Shown piece after piece: positions 28,569-39,129 of a stretch of DNA of 57,140 nt. The notes below the pieces were generated by a model. The model was not told the origin of the DNA and searched no databases. It saw nothing but the letters and a program-made list of their open reading frames with translations. Each line of letters starts with the position of its first letter. Within the stretch, counting starts at the first letter, position 1. The position numbers and the translations under genes are program-made. Origin of the DNA: Syntrophus aciditrophicus (GTDB taxonomy: Bacteria; Desulfobacterota; Syntrophia; Syntrophales; UBA8958); assembly GCA_020718905.1 (NCBI GenBank), contig DYRD01000005.1, positions 1-57,140 of the forward strand. The letters run 5' to 3'.

Positions 28569-30126
28569 TTATAGGACCATCTCAATGAGATGGGGGCCCG
28601 GTTCAGCGATCGCCCGTTGCAGTTCCTCGGCGAGATCTTCGGCCGTGGTTACCGATACGGCCGGTACTCCCGTACTCCCATCCCCTGGCTGACGCTAACC
28701 CAGTCGAGGGCGGGGCTCCCGAGGTCGCTTAGTGACAGGGATTTCGGTCCCGGCGCGGCACACCCGGCCCGCATCATTTCCATTTGCAGGATGAAATAAC
28801 TCCGGTTCGAGCAGATCAGCGTGGTTACATTCAAGTCTTCTCTGGCCTGTGTCCAGAGGCCTTGAACGGTGTACATGGCGCTGCCGTCGGCCTCGATATT
28901 GATAACGGCACGGTCGGGACAGGCAACGGCGGCCCCCGTCGCGCAGGGAATGCCCTGGCCTATGGCCCCCCGGTGATGGTGATGAAACTGTGGGGCGCCA
29001 CCGTTGCCGCTTGGGGATAGTATGCAAAAGTCGACGTCAGGCCCTCCTCGACAATGATGGCATGATCCGGCTGCAGCGCCGCAAGGACGGTGGAGGCCTG
29101 CTTGGCGGTCAGCTTCCCCTCGGGGATGGCGGGTCGACCATAGATAGAAACCATTTCCCGAAGGTCATTTTCCGCGCGCGGTGCATGGAGGGCGTCCGCC
29201 AGTACTTCCAGGGCAACGGCGGCATCCTGGCCTTCCCCGGCGATACGTAGCTTGCGGCTGTCCGGAGCCAGGAGATAGCTTGCCCCATTTTCATATCCGA
29301 AGAAGGCGACGGGTTCCCTTGCCCCGGCCATGATCACTGCATCGTATGGAGAGAGCGCCGCTATTGCCTGTTCCGGGAAATAGGGAACCCGCGGCAGGAA
29401 GGGCAGACCGGCGCCCCGATCCATATATGCCGGAAACGTGACGGACATCAGGTCGCACCCCGTCGCCGCTTTGATGCGGGCGGCGGCATGGAGCCCCCTT
29501 TTTCGCAGGGCCTTGCCATCCATAAGGACCAGGGCTTTTCTTGCCGACCTCAACAGCCCGACGGTGGCCTCGATACGATCAAAATCTATCGGTGTATAAG
29601 ATACCCGCGGCGGGGTAACCGGATCTTCACTGCTCTGCAGCCACTGGTGGTCGTGGGGAACGATAAGGCTCGCTATCTGACCATGGAGGGCGGCCTCGAC
29701 GGTGTCGGCCATGTCCCGGGAAATGCTTTCGGCATCCCGGCTGGTACAAAGCCATCCGGATACTGTTTCCGCCAGTCCCTCAATATTCATGGCCAGCGGT
29801 GCATTCGCTTCCAGGTGCCAGGAGGCGTGATCGCCGATGACATTGACAAGGGGTGTCCGGGCGCGGCGCGCATTGTGCAGATTGGCGATACCGTTGGCAA
29901 GGCCCGGTCCCAGGTGGAGCAGGCACATGGCCGGATATTCCCGCATGCGTCCGTAGCCATCCGCCGCGCCGGTGCATACTCCTTTAAAGAGACCCAGAAT
30001 CGGCCGCATGCCGGGTACGGCGTCAAAGGCCATTACGATAGGCATTTCGGTGGTGCCTGCATTGGCGAAACATATTTCGATGCCGCACGCAACCGCCGTC
30101 TTTACAAGTACTTCCGCACCATTCAT
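28569..30126 (-). pseudogene. Thiamine-pyrophosphate enzyme of the acetolactate synthase (IlvB) family, twice frameshifted
   Basis: The N-terminal and central domains are intact (28960..30126). The TPP-binding motif [40 protein letters not shown] continues in a second frame, and the C-terminal ...[27 protein letters not shown] in a third. Lesions are the C6 run at 28966-28971 and the 8-bp tandem duplication GTACTCCC x2 at 28664-28679. Confidence 0.75.
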
Positions 30127-30153
30127 GGTTGTTCTCCTCTCCCCAAGCGTTTA

Positions 30154-30613
30154 TCATTCACCTTGAGCTTTTTCCAGAATCTCACCGATGAGTCTTGCCG
30201 TCTTTCCCGTGAGGACCCGGCAATATTCGTATTTATCGCTTCCCCGGTAGCCCTTTGCCTGATTGAAATCCGTCCAATCCCCGTCGACAAGGTCACGGCA
30301 TAAAATCTTGTCATCCGTAATTCTCCCCGGAATCTTTTCATGAATATGCGGCAGGATTTCCACATCGTCATGTCTGCCTGCGTTCCCGCTTCAGCTCGGC
30401 CCGAAAGCAATCCGATGGCCGCCAGGCCGCCGATAACGCCGCGGCATCCTTCACCATGGGCGCCCAAACCGCCGCCGAATGAGTCCATCGCCCTGATCAG
30501 GTCAGTGTTTTCAATCCCAAGCTTTTCCTGCCCGACCGCAAGACCGCCTGACTTCAATGCAAGCCTTCGCTGAAGATCCGCATCGCTTTCTCCTGCATTT
30601 CCGCGGGGTCCAT
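30154..30613 (-). pseudogene. C_GCAxxG_C_C-family redox protein with TGA at the first conserved Cys position and at least two frameshifts
   Basis: MDPAEMQEKAMRIFSEGLH-TGA-SQAVL, shift near 30540, then AVGQEKLGIENTDLIRAMDSFGGGLGAHGEGC.GVIGGLAAIGLLSGR, shift near 30360-30400, then EILPHIHEKIPGRITDDKILCRDLV...YEYCRVLTGKTARLIGEILEKA. Confidence 0.6.
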
Positions 30614-30829
30614 AGCCAATCTTCTTCCCTGAATGGCCAATCTTGAATATGGGAAATCTGTTACAAAGAAATAGCTCCGTGTCAATGTTAATTTATTTCA
30701 TTTGGCTTATGGCGTTGGAAAAATATGCCCCCATACACAAGGGGACAACGCTTATCCCTTGACATTGGTCGCTTATCTCCTTATAAGCGACGAAACTGTG
30801 GGGATTATCATTGTCAATATCTCGTAACC

Positions 30830-31562
30830 ATGGCGAAAAAAGACAAATATACTTTCAGTTTCTGGGAGAAGATGCTCTTGCGGCTGGGTCCGCCTCTCGG
30901 CGCCCGGTCTGTTATCGCCTGGAATCGCTCCTGCCGGGTCGTGGCGCGGGAAGATGAGGACCGGGAGTCATCAGTTCTGAACCGTTGCGGCGGATGCATA
31001 TATGCGACCTGGCATCAGCGGATGTTCTGGTTTTTTTACGACTTCGGCTCCCGTCACGTAACCATGATGATCAGCCGCAGCAAAGACGGGGAATACGCAA
31101 ATGCCTTGGCTCTTCGCCTCGGCTTCTATTCCGTCCGGGGGAGCAATTCCTTCAACGGCCGGGAGGCCATGAGCGAGCTTATCGAACTGCTTAAAAAGCG
31201 TCAGGGTTACAAGGCCGGGATGATAGCCGATGGTCCCACCGGCCCCCCCCCGCCTCCTCAAAATGGGTTCGATCAAGATTGCCGAAGAAACGGGTCTGCG
31301 GATTATCCCGATGATGTACGGCGCCAAGCCGCGTATCGTCTTTAAATCCTGGGACCGGTATTTCCTTCCCTTGCCCTTTACCGATATTGTTGTCCTTCAC
31401 GGGGAGCCCGTATTTGTCCCCCCGGACGCCGATGAAGAGGAATGCGAGCGTCTGCGCCGGTTGGTCACCGATCGCATGAATGACATGGCCGACCGCTGCG
31501 ACTCCTGGTGGGGCGGGGAACCGCTGGGCAAACCCGGCTTCGATCTTCCCCTGAAAAAGTGA
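30830..31562 (+). pseudogene. DUF374 / lysophospholipid-acyltransferase-like protein, frameshifted in a C9 tract
   Basis: ...GMIADGPTGP then C9 (31243-31251). The family continuation RLLKMGSIKIAEETGLRIIPMMYGAKPRIVFKSWDRYFLPLPF is in the +1 frame (ORF 31230..31562). Confidence 0.7.
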
Positions 31563-31894
31563 TCAAAACGCCATTTAGAATTTGAATTCTATCACTTTCA
31601 CCTGAAAATTACTCAACAACTAAAAGAAATCATGGCATTTATGCTTTCCCTCCCCTTCAAGAAGAGGGTTAGGTTGGGTATGCGCCGCATTTTCATCTCC
31701 CTTGGTGACGTCAAGCCGTCATTAGGGTCTGGCTGGTATCCTTCAGTTTCGGTTAGCGAATGAGGAAACGATTAGCGGCGCTGGAAATGCTGACAGCCGA
31801 TGCCCTGACGCCGAGGCCATCAATAAAAAAAGAACATTTCCGAAATGAGGCGTCCATGTTATGGTACCGCCTAAAAAAAGGACAGGATTTGAAG

Positions 31895-32377
31895 ATGGAG
31901 GTTGCTAAACCCGCTAAACAGGTGAAAATATACACGGATGGCGCCTGCCTGGGAAATCCCGGGCCAGGAGGATATGGGGTGGTGTTGCTTCACGGGACAC
32001 TACGGAAAGAGTTGTCCGGTGGATTTCGCTTGACTACGAATAATCGGATGGAACTCATGGGGGCGATTGTGAGCCTCCAATCCTTGAAAACGGCCTGTGA
32101 AGTTACCCTGTTTACAGACTCGCAATATGTGGTAAATGCCATGAGCAAAGGCTGGGCGCGGCGCTGGCGGCAGCAGGGCTGGATGCGGAACAAAAAGGAA
32201 AAGGCCGTGAATCCCGATCTTTGGGAGGTGCTCCTCAATCTGTGTGAGTGCCACCGGGTGACCTTCGTCTGGGTCCGGGGTCACGCCGGCGACCCGGAAA
32301 ATGAACGCTGCGACGAGTTGTCAAAGGAGGCGGCATCAGCGAGAGGCCTGCCTCCGGATAAGGGCTATTTACCGTAA
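31895..32377 (+). CDS. rnhA: Ribonuclease HI
   Basis: [19 protein letters not shown]...TNNRMEL...DSQYV...[14 protein letters not shown] contains the DEDD catalytic residues. Start placed at MEVAKPAKQ. Confidence 0.85.
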   Translation: MEVAKPAKQVKIYTDGACLGNPGPGGYGVVLLHGTLRKELSGGFRLTTNNRMELMGAIVSLQSLKTACEVTLFTDSQYVVNAMSKGWARRWRQQGWMRNKKEKAVNPDLWEVLLNLCECHRVTFVWVRGHAGDPENERCDELSKEAASARGLPPDKGYLP

Positions 32378-32400
32378 TTACGAAGCCGTTAACGCTGCTT

Positions 32401-33792
32401 TTATACAGCGAAATGGGTCAGCGGCGTCTTGCCGATGGGATAGACGTTAAAGCCGATCTCAAAGCACTGCTTGTGGTCGAGAATATTTCTCCCGTCAAAG
32501 ATAAAGGCCGGTTTGTCCATCTGCGCAAAGATCTTTTCATAATCGAGGGAGCGGTAGAGATCCCATTCCGTCATGATGGCAAGGGCGTGGCAGCCCTTGG
32601 CTGCCTCGTAGGGGTCTTCTACGTAATGAAAGGCCCCGTCGATGCCGGCGAGGTCCAGGCGGGCATTGCCCAGGGCCTTGGGGTCGGATATGACCACCTC
32701 GGCCTGTTCCTCGGCGAGACGTCTGGCGATAAAAATTGCGGGACTCTCCCGGGTGTCCCCCGTGTTGGCCTTGAAGGCGAATCCCAGGAGGCAGATGCGC
32801 TTTCCCGCCAGGGTGTTGAACATGGCCGTCAGCATGCTCATGATAAAGCGTTCCTGCTGGTAGACATTGATCCCGACGACCCGTTCCCAGTAGTCGGCGA
32901 TCTCTTCGAGGCCGTAAAACCGGCAGAGATAGACAAGGTTAAGGATATCCTTTTTGAAACAGGAGCCGCCGAAACCGATGCTCGCATTGAGAAACTTGGC
33001 GCCGATCCTGCTGTCCATGCCGACGGCGCGGGCTACTTCTCCGACATCGGCTTCGGTTTTTTCACACAGGGCGGAGATGGTGTTTATGGATGATATTCGT
33101 TGGGCGAGGAAGGCATTCGCCACGAGCTTGGAGAGTTCGCTGCTCCAGATATTGGTCGTGAGGATTCTCTCTTGCGGAATCCAGCGGGCGTAAATCTCCA
33201 CAATGGCGTTTCTCGCCTGCCGCCCCCGGTCCGTTTCCCGGGAACCGATGAGGACGCGGTCGGGGTTTTCCAGATCCAGAATCGCCGATCCTTCCGCCAG
33301 GAATTCCGGATTGGACAGGACGTCAAAGGAGAGGCCGTTGGCCTGGCTGTTCAGGATTCTTTCCATGGCCAGTGCTGTCCTGACGGGGAGGGTGCTCTTT
33401 TCAATGACGATTTTGGAGGAATCGGCGTTCTCCAGGATCTGGCGGGCCGTTTTTTCCCAGTACTGGAGGTCGGCGGCCATGCCGGCGCCGGCGCCGAAGG
33501 TCTTCGTCGGCGTATTGACGCTGACAAAGATGATGTCGTGGTCGCGGATGGCCCCTTCCACATCGGTGCTGAAAAAGAGATTCTTTCCCCGGGTTGCCCG
33601 GACCAGAGCATCCAGGCCGGGTTCGTAGATGGGCAGATTGTCGGAGTTCCAGGCCACGATGCGCTGGGGATTGATATCGACGACCGTAACCAGGTAATCG
33701 GGGCACTTGTTCGCAATCATGGCCATGGTGGGTCCGCCGACATAACCGGCGCCGATACAAAGAATAGTTTTGTTCATTTCGTTATTTCCCAT
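32401..33792 (-). CDS. ugd: UDP-glucose 6-dehydrogenase (long, eukaryote-like type)
   Basis: ILCIGAGYVGGPTMAMIANKCP...VVDIN..RI.AWNSDNLPIYEPGL and GFGGSCFKKD catalytic Cys motif. 463 aa; the start could also be 33777. Confidence 0.9.
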   Translation of the reverse strand: MGNNEMNKTILCIGAGYVGGPTMAMIANKCPDYLVTVVDINPQRIVAWNSDNLPIYEPGLDALVRATRGKNLFFSTDVEGAIRDHDIIFVSVNTPTKTFGAGAGMAADLQYWEKTARQILENADSSKIVIEKSTLPVRTALAMERILNSQANGLSFDVLSNPEFLAEGSAILDLENPDRVLIGSRETDRGRQARNAIVEIYARWIPQERILTTNIWSSELSKLVANAFLAQRISSINTISALCEKTEADVGEVARAVGMDSRIGAKFLNASIGFGGSCFKKDILNLVYLCRFYGLEEIADYWERVVGINVYQQERFIMSMLTAMFNTLAGKRICLLGFAFKANTGDTRESPAIFIARRLAEEQAEVVISDPKALGNARLDLAGIDGAFHYVEDPYEAAKGCHALAIMTEWDLYRSLDYEKIFAQMDKPAFIFDGRNILDHKQCFEIGFNVYPIGKTPLTHFAV

Positions 33793-34944
33793 CCTTGATG
33801 AAATTGTCCTCTATATGCCCGGCAATCGCCAGGCAGGCGGTCAGCCCGGGGGAGCGGCCGCAGTTGCTCTCCTCACGAATAATAAAATCCATCACCCGAT
33901 CGCCGGGGCCCTGAATTTTGGGACGAATGCCGCTCATATCCGGATCGAGGGCCGCGGTGTCAAATCCCGGCAAATATTTTCGGATTGCAGAACCGAAGGC
34001 GTCTTTACAGTCTTCGTCAACGTGGTACAGATTGAGAGCGGCTTTACGGGGCCCGTCTTGGCCGTTTTGATCACCCGACAGACAAAGGATTTCCTCCTTG
34101 TCCAGATAGCGGCTGTCCGGACCGAACCGGACCCGGCCGCTCAGATCCAGGGTGGCGTGGATGCCGAGACCGACGTTGTTTTTCATCGGTACGGGGTAGA
34201 CAAGACGTTTTAGCCTCGGGGCGGGGGAGGCGCCGAAATAGTTCCCCTTGCATGGGTTCAGGCGATATCCCCGGGCGTCAATGTCAATTCCCGCCCCGGC
34301 GGCAATTTGATCGGCATGGAGCCCGGCGCTGTTAATCACGGTTTTTGCCCGGATCCGGTACTCCCCGTTATTGATCTCCAGGTCATAGCGGTTACCTGCA
34401 AACGCGATGGCCGTGACCTTTGTCCGGCACGACATTACCGCCCCCTTGTCCTCGGCCGTGAAGAGCAGCGACTGCATGAGGCGATGGGAATCAATGATGC
34501 CGGTGGTCGGAGAGAGCAGGGCGGCCGGTGCGGAAACCTCCGGTTCCAGAGAGAGAAGCTGCTTTTTCCCCAATAGCTCCAATCCGGGAACGCCGTTTTG
34601 TGCTGCCGCGGATTGGATGGTTTCCAATGACCCTGCCTCTTCTGCTGTGGTGGCGACGATGAGCTTGCCGATGGCCGTATGGGGACATTGTGCTTCCCGC
34701 ACCAGGCGTATAGCAGGCGGTTGCCCTCCACACACAAACGGTTCTTCAGGAAATCCCGGGGGTAATAGATGCCGGCGTGGATGACCTCGCTGTTTCGCGA
34801 ACTCGTTTCCTTACCGAAGCCGTCATGTTTTTCCAGGATCGCCAGTTTCCGGTCCCGGCGGGTGAGCTGTTGGGCGACGGCAAGGCCGACAACACCGGCG
34901 CCGATGATGACTACATCGAAGGTCAGGTCCGGGGCAGTTCTCAT
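33782..34944 (-). pseudogene. FAD-dependent oxidoreductase (L-2-hydroxyglutarate oxidase LhgO-like), frameshifted
   Basis: N-terminus [16 protein letters not shown]...[15 protein letters not shown]...[11 protein letters not shown]. The frame is lost at the G4 run 34681-34684 (C4 on the coding strand) and continues [12 protein letters not shown]...GIRPKIQGPG in ORF 33782..34735. Confidence 0.7.
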
Positions 34945-35888
34945 GGGGCGGTCGGGGCGCCTTTAAAGTACTGAATTGTCTTGACGAGGCCATCGGCAAG
35001 GGGTATGCGGGGTGTCCAGTTGAGTAGCTCATTCGCCTTGGCGATGTTCGGCCGGCGCTGGGTCGGGTCATCCTGGGGAAGGGATTTGAAAACAATCCGG
35101 GAAGATGATCCCGTCAGGCGGATGACGTTTTCGGCTAATTCAAGAATCGTAAATTCCGATGGATTGCCGATATTTACGGGACCGATGATGTCGTCGGCTG
35201 TCGCCATCATTCCGATGATTCCCTCGATCAGGTCTTCGCAATAGCAGAAGGAACGGGTCTGTGACCCGTTGCCATAGACCGTGATGTCTTCCCCTCTGAG
35301 GGCCTGGACAATAAAATTGCTTACTACCCGGCCGTCGTTGACGGCCATGCGTGGACCATATGTGTTGAATATTCTGACAATTTTTATCCTCACGCCGTTC
35401 TGGCGATGATAATCCATCATCAGACACTCGGCGGCTCGTTTCCCTTCGTCGTAGCAGCTTCTGACGCCGATCGGGTTCACCCGTCCCCAGTATTCCTCCG
35501 GCTGGGGGTGGATCTCCGGATCGCCGTATACTTCGGAGGTCGATGCCTGGAGGATCTTTGCCTTGACCCGCTTGGCCAGCCCGAGGGTGTTGATGGCGCC
35601 CATGACGCTGGTTTTGATGGTCTTGATGGGATTGTACTGATAGTGAACCGGCGAGGCGGGACAGGCGAGATTGTAGATTTCGTCAACTTCCAGGAATATC
35701 GGCTGGATGATGTCGTGGCGGATGAACTCGAAGTTGGGGTGGCCGATGAGATGACGGATATTGTTTTTACTGCCCGTATAGAGATTGTCCAGGCAAAGGA
35801 CGTCATGTCCTTCGGCAAGGAGCCGGTCGCACAGATGGGACCCGAGAAACCCCGCGCCGCCGGTAATAAGAATTCGTTTCATATTCAT
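34941..35888 (-). CDS. uxs: UDP-glucuronate decarboxylase (UDP-xylose synthase), SDR family
   Basis: [25 protein letters not shown] and overall close similarity to UXS enzymes, 315 aa. Confidence 0.85.
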   Translation of the reverse strand: MNMKRILITGGAGFLGSHLCDRLLAEGHDVLCLDNLYTGSKNNIRHLIGHPNFEFIRHDIIQPIFLEVDEIYNLACPASPVHYQYNPIKTIKTSVMGAINTLGLAKRVKAKILQASTSEVYGDPEIHPQPEEYWGRVNPIGVRSCYDEGKRAAECLMMDYHRQNGVRIKIVRIFNTYGPRMAVNDGRVVSNFIVQALRGEDITVYGNGSQTRSFCYCEDLIEGIIGMMATADDIIGPVNIGNPSEFTILELAENVIRLTGSSSRIVFKSLPQDDPTQRRPNIAKANELLNWTPRIPLADGLVKTIQYFKGAPTAP

Positions 35889-36023
35889 ATGGTAATCTCA
35901 ATAATTTTGCGATATATAATTCGCCGCGTTTTTGCTGTCAAGACAATTCGGGCTTTAAAGTCGATTGGATGGTGATTCAAAGTGAGGACTTTTTGCGAAG
36001 GCGGCAAAGGGAATGGACCAGGG

Positions 36024-36851
36024 ATGCTTTACATTGTGGCAACACCGATCGGCAACCTGGAGGACATCACCCTGAGGGCCATCCGGATTTTAAAAGAGGC
36101 GGACGAGATTGCCGCGGAGGACACCCGACATACGAAGAAGCTTCTGAAAGCGTATAATATCGATACTCCCATGACGAGCCTTTATGACGCCGTGGAAAAG
36201 AAAAGGAGCGGTCCCCTGATCGGGAAGATGGTGTCCGGAAAGGATATTGCCTACGTGTCCGATGCGGGAACGCCGGGAATATCGGACCCCGGTTTCCATC
36301 TCATCAGCGAGGCAATTCAAGCAGGGATCCGGGTGGTTCCCGTTCCCGGCGCATCAGCGGTTGTTGCGGCCCTGAGCGCCTCGGGGTTGCCGATGCAGAA
36401 CTTTGTTTTTCACGGTTTTTTGCCCGCGAAGATCATGCAGCGCCGGGATATCCTGAGTAGGTGCGAGGCAGAGAAGCGGACTATGGTCTTTTATGAGTCG
36501 CCCCAAAGACTCAAGGCCTGTCTGAAGGATATCCGGGAGATCATGGGCTCGCGCCGCCTGGTGGTTGCCCGGGAATTGACGAAGATTCATGAAGAATTCA
36601 TCCGGGGAACAATTGATGACGTTGTTAAGGAACTGGAAGAGAGGGTCGTCAAGGGAGAGATTACCTTGATCATCGCGGGCAGGACGGATAGTGCCGGTGA
36701 CTGTTCTGATGACGAGATCCTGGGCAGGCTTACGGAATTGGCGGGCGACCCCCTGCTCAGCCTGCGGGACAGGGTCCGGTGCGTAGCTGAAATGACGGGA
36801 TGTTCTCGAAAAAAGATATATCAAATTGCATTAACAGGCAAATTTTCTTGA
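36024..36851 (+). CDS. rsmI: 16S rRNA (cytidine1402-2'-O)-methyltransferase
   Basis: MLYIVATPIGNLEDITLRAIRILKEADEIAAEDTRHT is the RsmI N-terminal signature. Start moved to the internal ATG. Confidence 0.85.
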   Translation: MLYIVATPIGNLEDITLRAIRILKEADEIAAEDTRHTKKLLKAYNIDTPMTSLYDAVEKKRSGPLIGKMVSGKDIAYVSDAGTPGISDPGFHLISEAIQAGIRVVPVPGASAVVAALSASGLPMQNFVFHGFLPAKIMQRRDILSRCEAEKRTMVFYESPQRLKACLKDIREIMGSRRLVVARELTKIHEEFIRGTIDDVVKELEERVVKGEITLIIAGRTDSAGDCSDDEILGRLTELAGDPLLSLRDRVRCVAEMTGCSRKKIYQIALTGKFS

Positions 36852-36904
36852 ACTATCCCGGTGGGTATGGTAGCAGGGGCGGTAAAAGTGAGGGAGGCAG
36901 CGAT

Positions 36905-37147
36905 ATGAGGGAACGGGCCATGCGGCCGGGAGAAGAAATCTATGATCTTGTTGATGTCGTTGAAGAAGGAAGTAGGGATTTTGTCGATATTCCTGAAAAG
37001 AGGACCAGAGTCGCCCTGGTGAATCCAAATATCCAGGAAGAATTGATCCAGAAGGTGATGGAAACAACGGAAAAGGTGGCAAGAGAGATGTTCCCCGCCA
37101 TTGCCGAACGGATCATCCGGGAAGAGATTGATAAACTCAAGCAATAA
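36905..37147 (+). CDS. Hypothetical acidic protein (80 aa)
   Basis: GAGGGAGG RBS then ATG at 36905. No family recognised. Confidence 0.45.
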   Translation: MRERAMRPGEEIYDLVDVVEEGSRDFVDIPEKRTRVALVNPNIQEELIQKVMETTEKVAREMFPAIAERIIREEIDKLKQ

Positions 37148-37201
37148 ATGATAATTATTTCGTCATGCAGGACGCACGTCGACGGGAAACGAAGAAAGGC
37201 T

Positions 37202-37813
37202 ATGCCTCATTATAAAAGCAGACGTATTTTAAAATATTACCCCTTTATCTTGATCCTGCTGACGTTTCTGGTGTCAGGTTGCGCCAAGAAAATTCCCCAC
37301 CTCCTCACGCCGGAGTTTGAAAAAAGAGGGATAAGATTGATTGCCGTCTTTCCCGTAGCGAATCAGTCAAAGAATATGGAAGCTGCAAGCCTGTTTCGTG
37401 ACAAGGTACTGGAGGCTGTCTATTTCAAGGGTTATCCGAAGATCCCTCTTAATGTTATTGATGAGAAGCTGTCGAAATTATATAAAGATTATCAGCAGCC
37501 AAACGTGGAATCAATTCCACCCAGGAGCGTGGGTGGAGTCCTCGGCGTTGACGCCGTCCTTTACGTTAACCTCCAGGAGTGCGAGACATCATTCGTTCTT
37601 CTTGCTGCCAAGACATCCGTTACTGCGACTTTTGACTTGCGGAGCGCCCGCACGAATGACAGCCTGTGGAGCACCAAGTACAGCGTTACGGAAAGAAACT
37701 TCGAAATTACCAAGGAACGGGTGAAGATGAAGAGCTGCCAGGTCTTTGAACCGGCCATGGAGGAAATTTTGGATCAGGTAATGGAGACCCTTCCCCTGGG
37801 ACCGGATGGATAA
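37202..37813 (+). CDS. Lipoprotein, DUF799/GNA1162-like
   Basis: Lipobox VSGC. IAVFPVANQS...KGYPKIPL pattern. Confidence 0.55.
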   Translation: MPHYKSRRILKYYPFILILLTFLVSGCAKKIPHLLTPEFEKRGIRLIAVFPVANQSKNMEAASLFRDKVLEAVYFKGYPKIPLNVIDEKLSKLYKDYQQPNVESIPPRSVGGVLGVDAVLYVNLQECETSFVLLAAKTSVTATFDLRSARTNDSLWSTKYSVTERNFEITKERVKMKSCQVFEPAMEEILDQVMETLPLGPDG

Positions 37814-37837
37814 AGTAAGAAGGTAAGGAGGCCGTTA

Positions 37838-38572
37838 ATGAAGAGAAAGCTGATCTTTTTGCCGTTGCTGTGGGCATTAATCTTTATGTCTTCCGGCGAC
37901 CTCCAGGCCAAGAAGTCCTTAAAAGTCAATATTGGCGAGGGCGAGGCCCGTATCGGTTATCTCGATGGAACGGTCTGGGTCCTGCCGAAGGGAACGCAGG
38001 GGTGGCGAGTCTTGCATCTGCAAGATATCCTGCGGGGAGGGGATGAGGTTGCCGTCGGGAGCAAATCACGTCTGGAGATGATCTTCCCGGACCAATCACG
38101 CCTCCGCTTTGCCGATGATACGCGTTTCACGATTCTCCAGGCCGGAGATGAAAGCGCTCCGGATGTCAAGGTCCATCTCGCCGTCGGACGGACTTGGGCA
38201 AACGTGAGCAAATCCTTGGGGATCAAGAGAAAGTTTGAGATTTCCAGTGATAATGCCGTTGCCGGGGTGCGCGGCACGTTATACAGGATGAATGTCGATC
38301 AGGATGCCTCGGCGCTCGTCCGTGTCTATGACGGTGAGATAGCGGTTTCCGGGGCGACGAAGCCCCTGAAGGCCCCCAAAGCCATCGGTCCTCCGACCAA
38401 GATCGCCGGGCCAACGAAAGTCACCATGGAAGAATGGACGGTGATCATCAGATCGAGGCAACAGATCACTGTCGGTCCGGACGGAGCGGCCTCCAAGCCG
38501 AGAGAGTTTACGGAGCAGGAAGACCGCGACGAATGGGTCGACTGGAACAAGGCCAGAGATGCGGAACGTTAA
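37838..38572 (+). CDS. FecR-domain protein (secreted)
   Basis: Signal peptide, then the G.V.V...G...W......L..GD.V..G..SRLE..F.D.S..R pattern typical of the FecR domain. Confidence 0.6.
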   Translation: MKRKLIFLPLLWALIFMSSGDLQAKKSLKVNIGEGEARIGYLDGTVWVLPKGTQGWRVLHLQDILRGGDEVAVGSKSRLEMIFPDQSRLRFADDTRFTILQAGDESAPDVKVHLAVGRTWANVSKSLGIKRKFEISSDNAVAGVRGTLYRMNVDQDASALVRVYDGEIAVSGATKPLKAPKAIGPPTKIAGPTKVTMEEWTVIIRSRQQITVGPDGAASKPREFTEQEDRDEWVDWNKARDAER

Positions 38573-39129
38573 TGGATGCCGGACGTCTGAACATCCCTAA
38601 TGCCCTCACGGTGATGCGAATCATTTTTGTTCCCGTGATTGTAATCCTGCTCATGCAGGGTGAATTCTTCAAGGCATTGATAATATTTGCTTTGTCAGGG
38701 ATATCTGACGGTTTGGACGGTTTCCTGGCCCGGATACTGAACCAGCAAACCGAGTTGGGCGCCTATCTTGATCCGATTGCCGACAAGGCCCTCATCATAA
38801 GTTGTTTCGTGACCTTGTCCATCAAGCACATCATTCCGGGCTGGTTGAGTGTAATTGTGGTGAGCAGGGACTGTATCATCCTGCTCGGCGTCGCGGTTTT
38901 AGCCACCATGTCCGTCTCGTTCAAGATCCGTCCGACGATGATAAGCAAAATGACAACAGTATTACAGCTTTTGACCATTTTTCTTGTTTTGGCCGTCCAT
39001 TTCCTGTCTCTCCAGGGGCATTTGAAGGAGGTTCTTTGGGGATTTTATGTTGTTACCGCTATCTTGACGATTGCCTCCGGGCTGAATTATATCTTTAAAG
39101 GCATTCGTTTCATCAATTCGACGACATGA
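38572..39129 (+). CDS. pgsA: CDP-diacylglycerol--glycerol-3-phosphate 3-phosphatidyltransferase
   Basis: NIPNALTVMRI...SDGLDGFLAR...LGAYLDPIADK CDP-alcohol phosphatidyltransferase motif. The start overlaps the FecR-gene stop. Confidence 0.85.
   Translation: MDAGRLNIPNALTVMRIIFVPVIVILLMQGEFFKALIIFALSGISDGLDGFLARILNQQTELGAYLDPIADKALIISCFVTLSIKHIIPGWLSVIVVSRDCIILLGVAVLATMSVSFKIRPTMISKMTTVLQLLTIFLVLAVHFLSLQGHLKEVLWGFYVVTAILTIASGLNYIFKGIRFINSTT

Noticed and set aside
30500-30553. SECIS hairpin downstream of the TGA in the C_GCAxxG_C_C gene
   Set aside because: The sequence 3' of the TGA contains the direct repeat GCGGTC...GCGGTC, not complementary arms. I could not draw a stable stem-loop at the expected distance.
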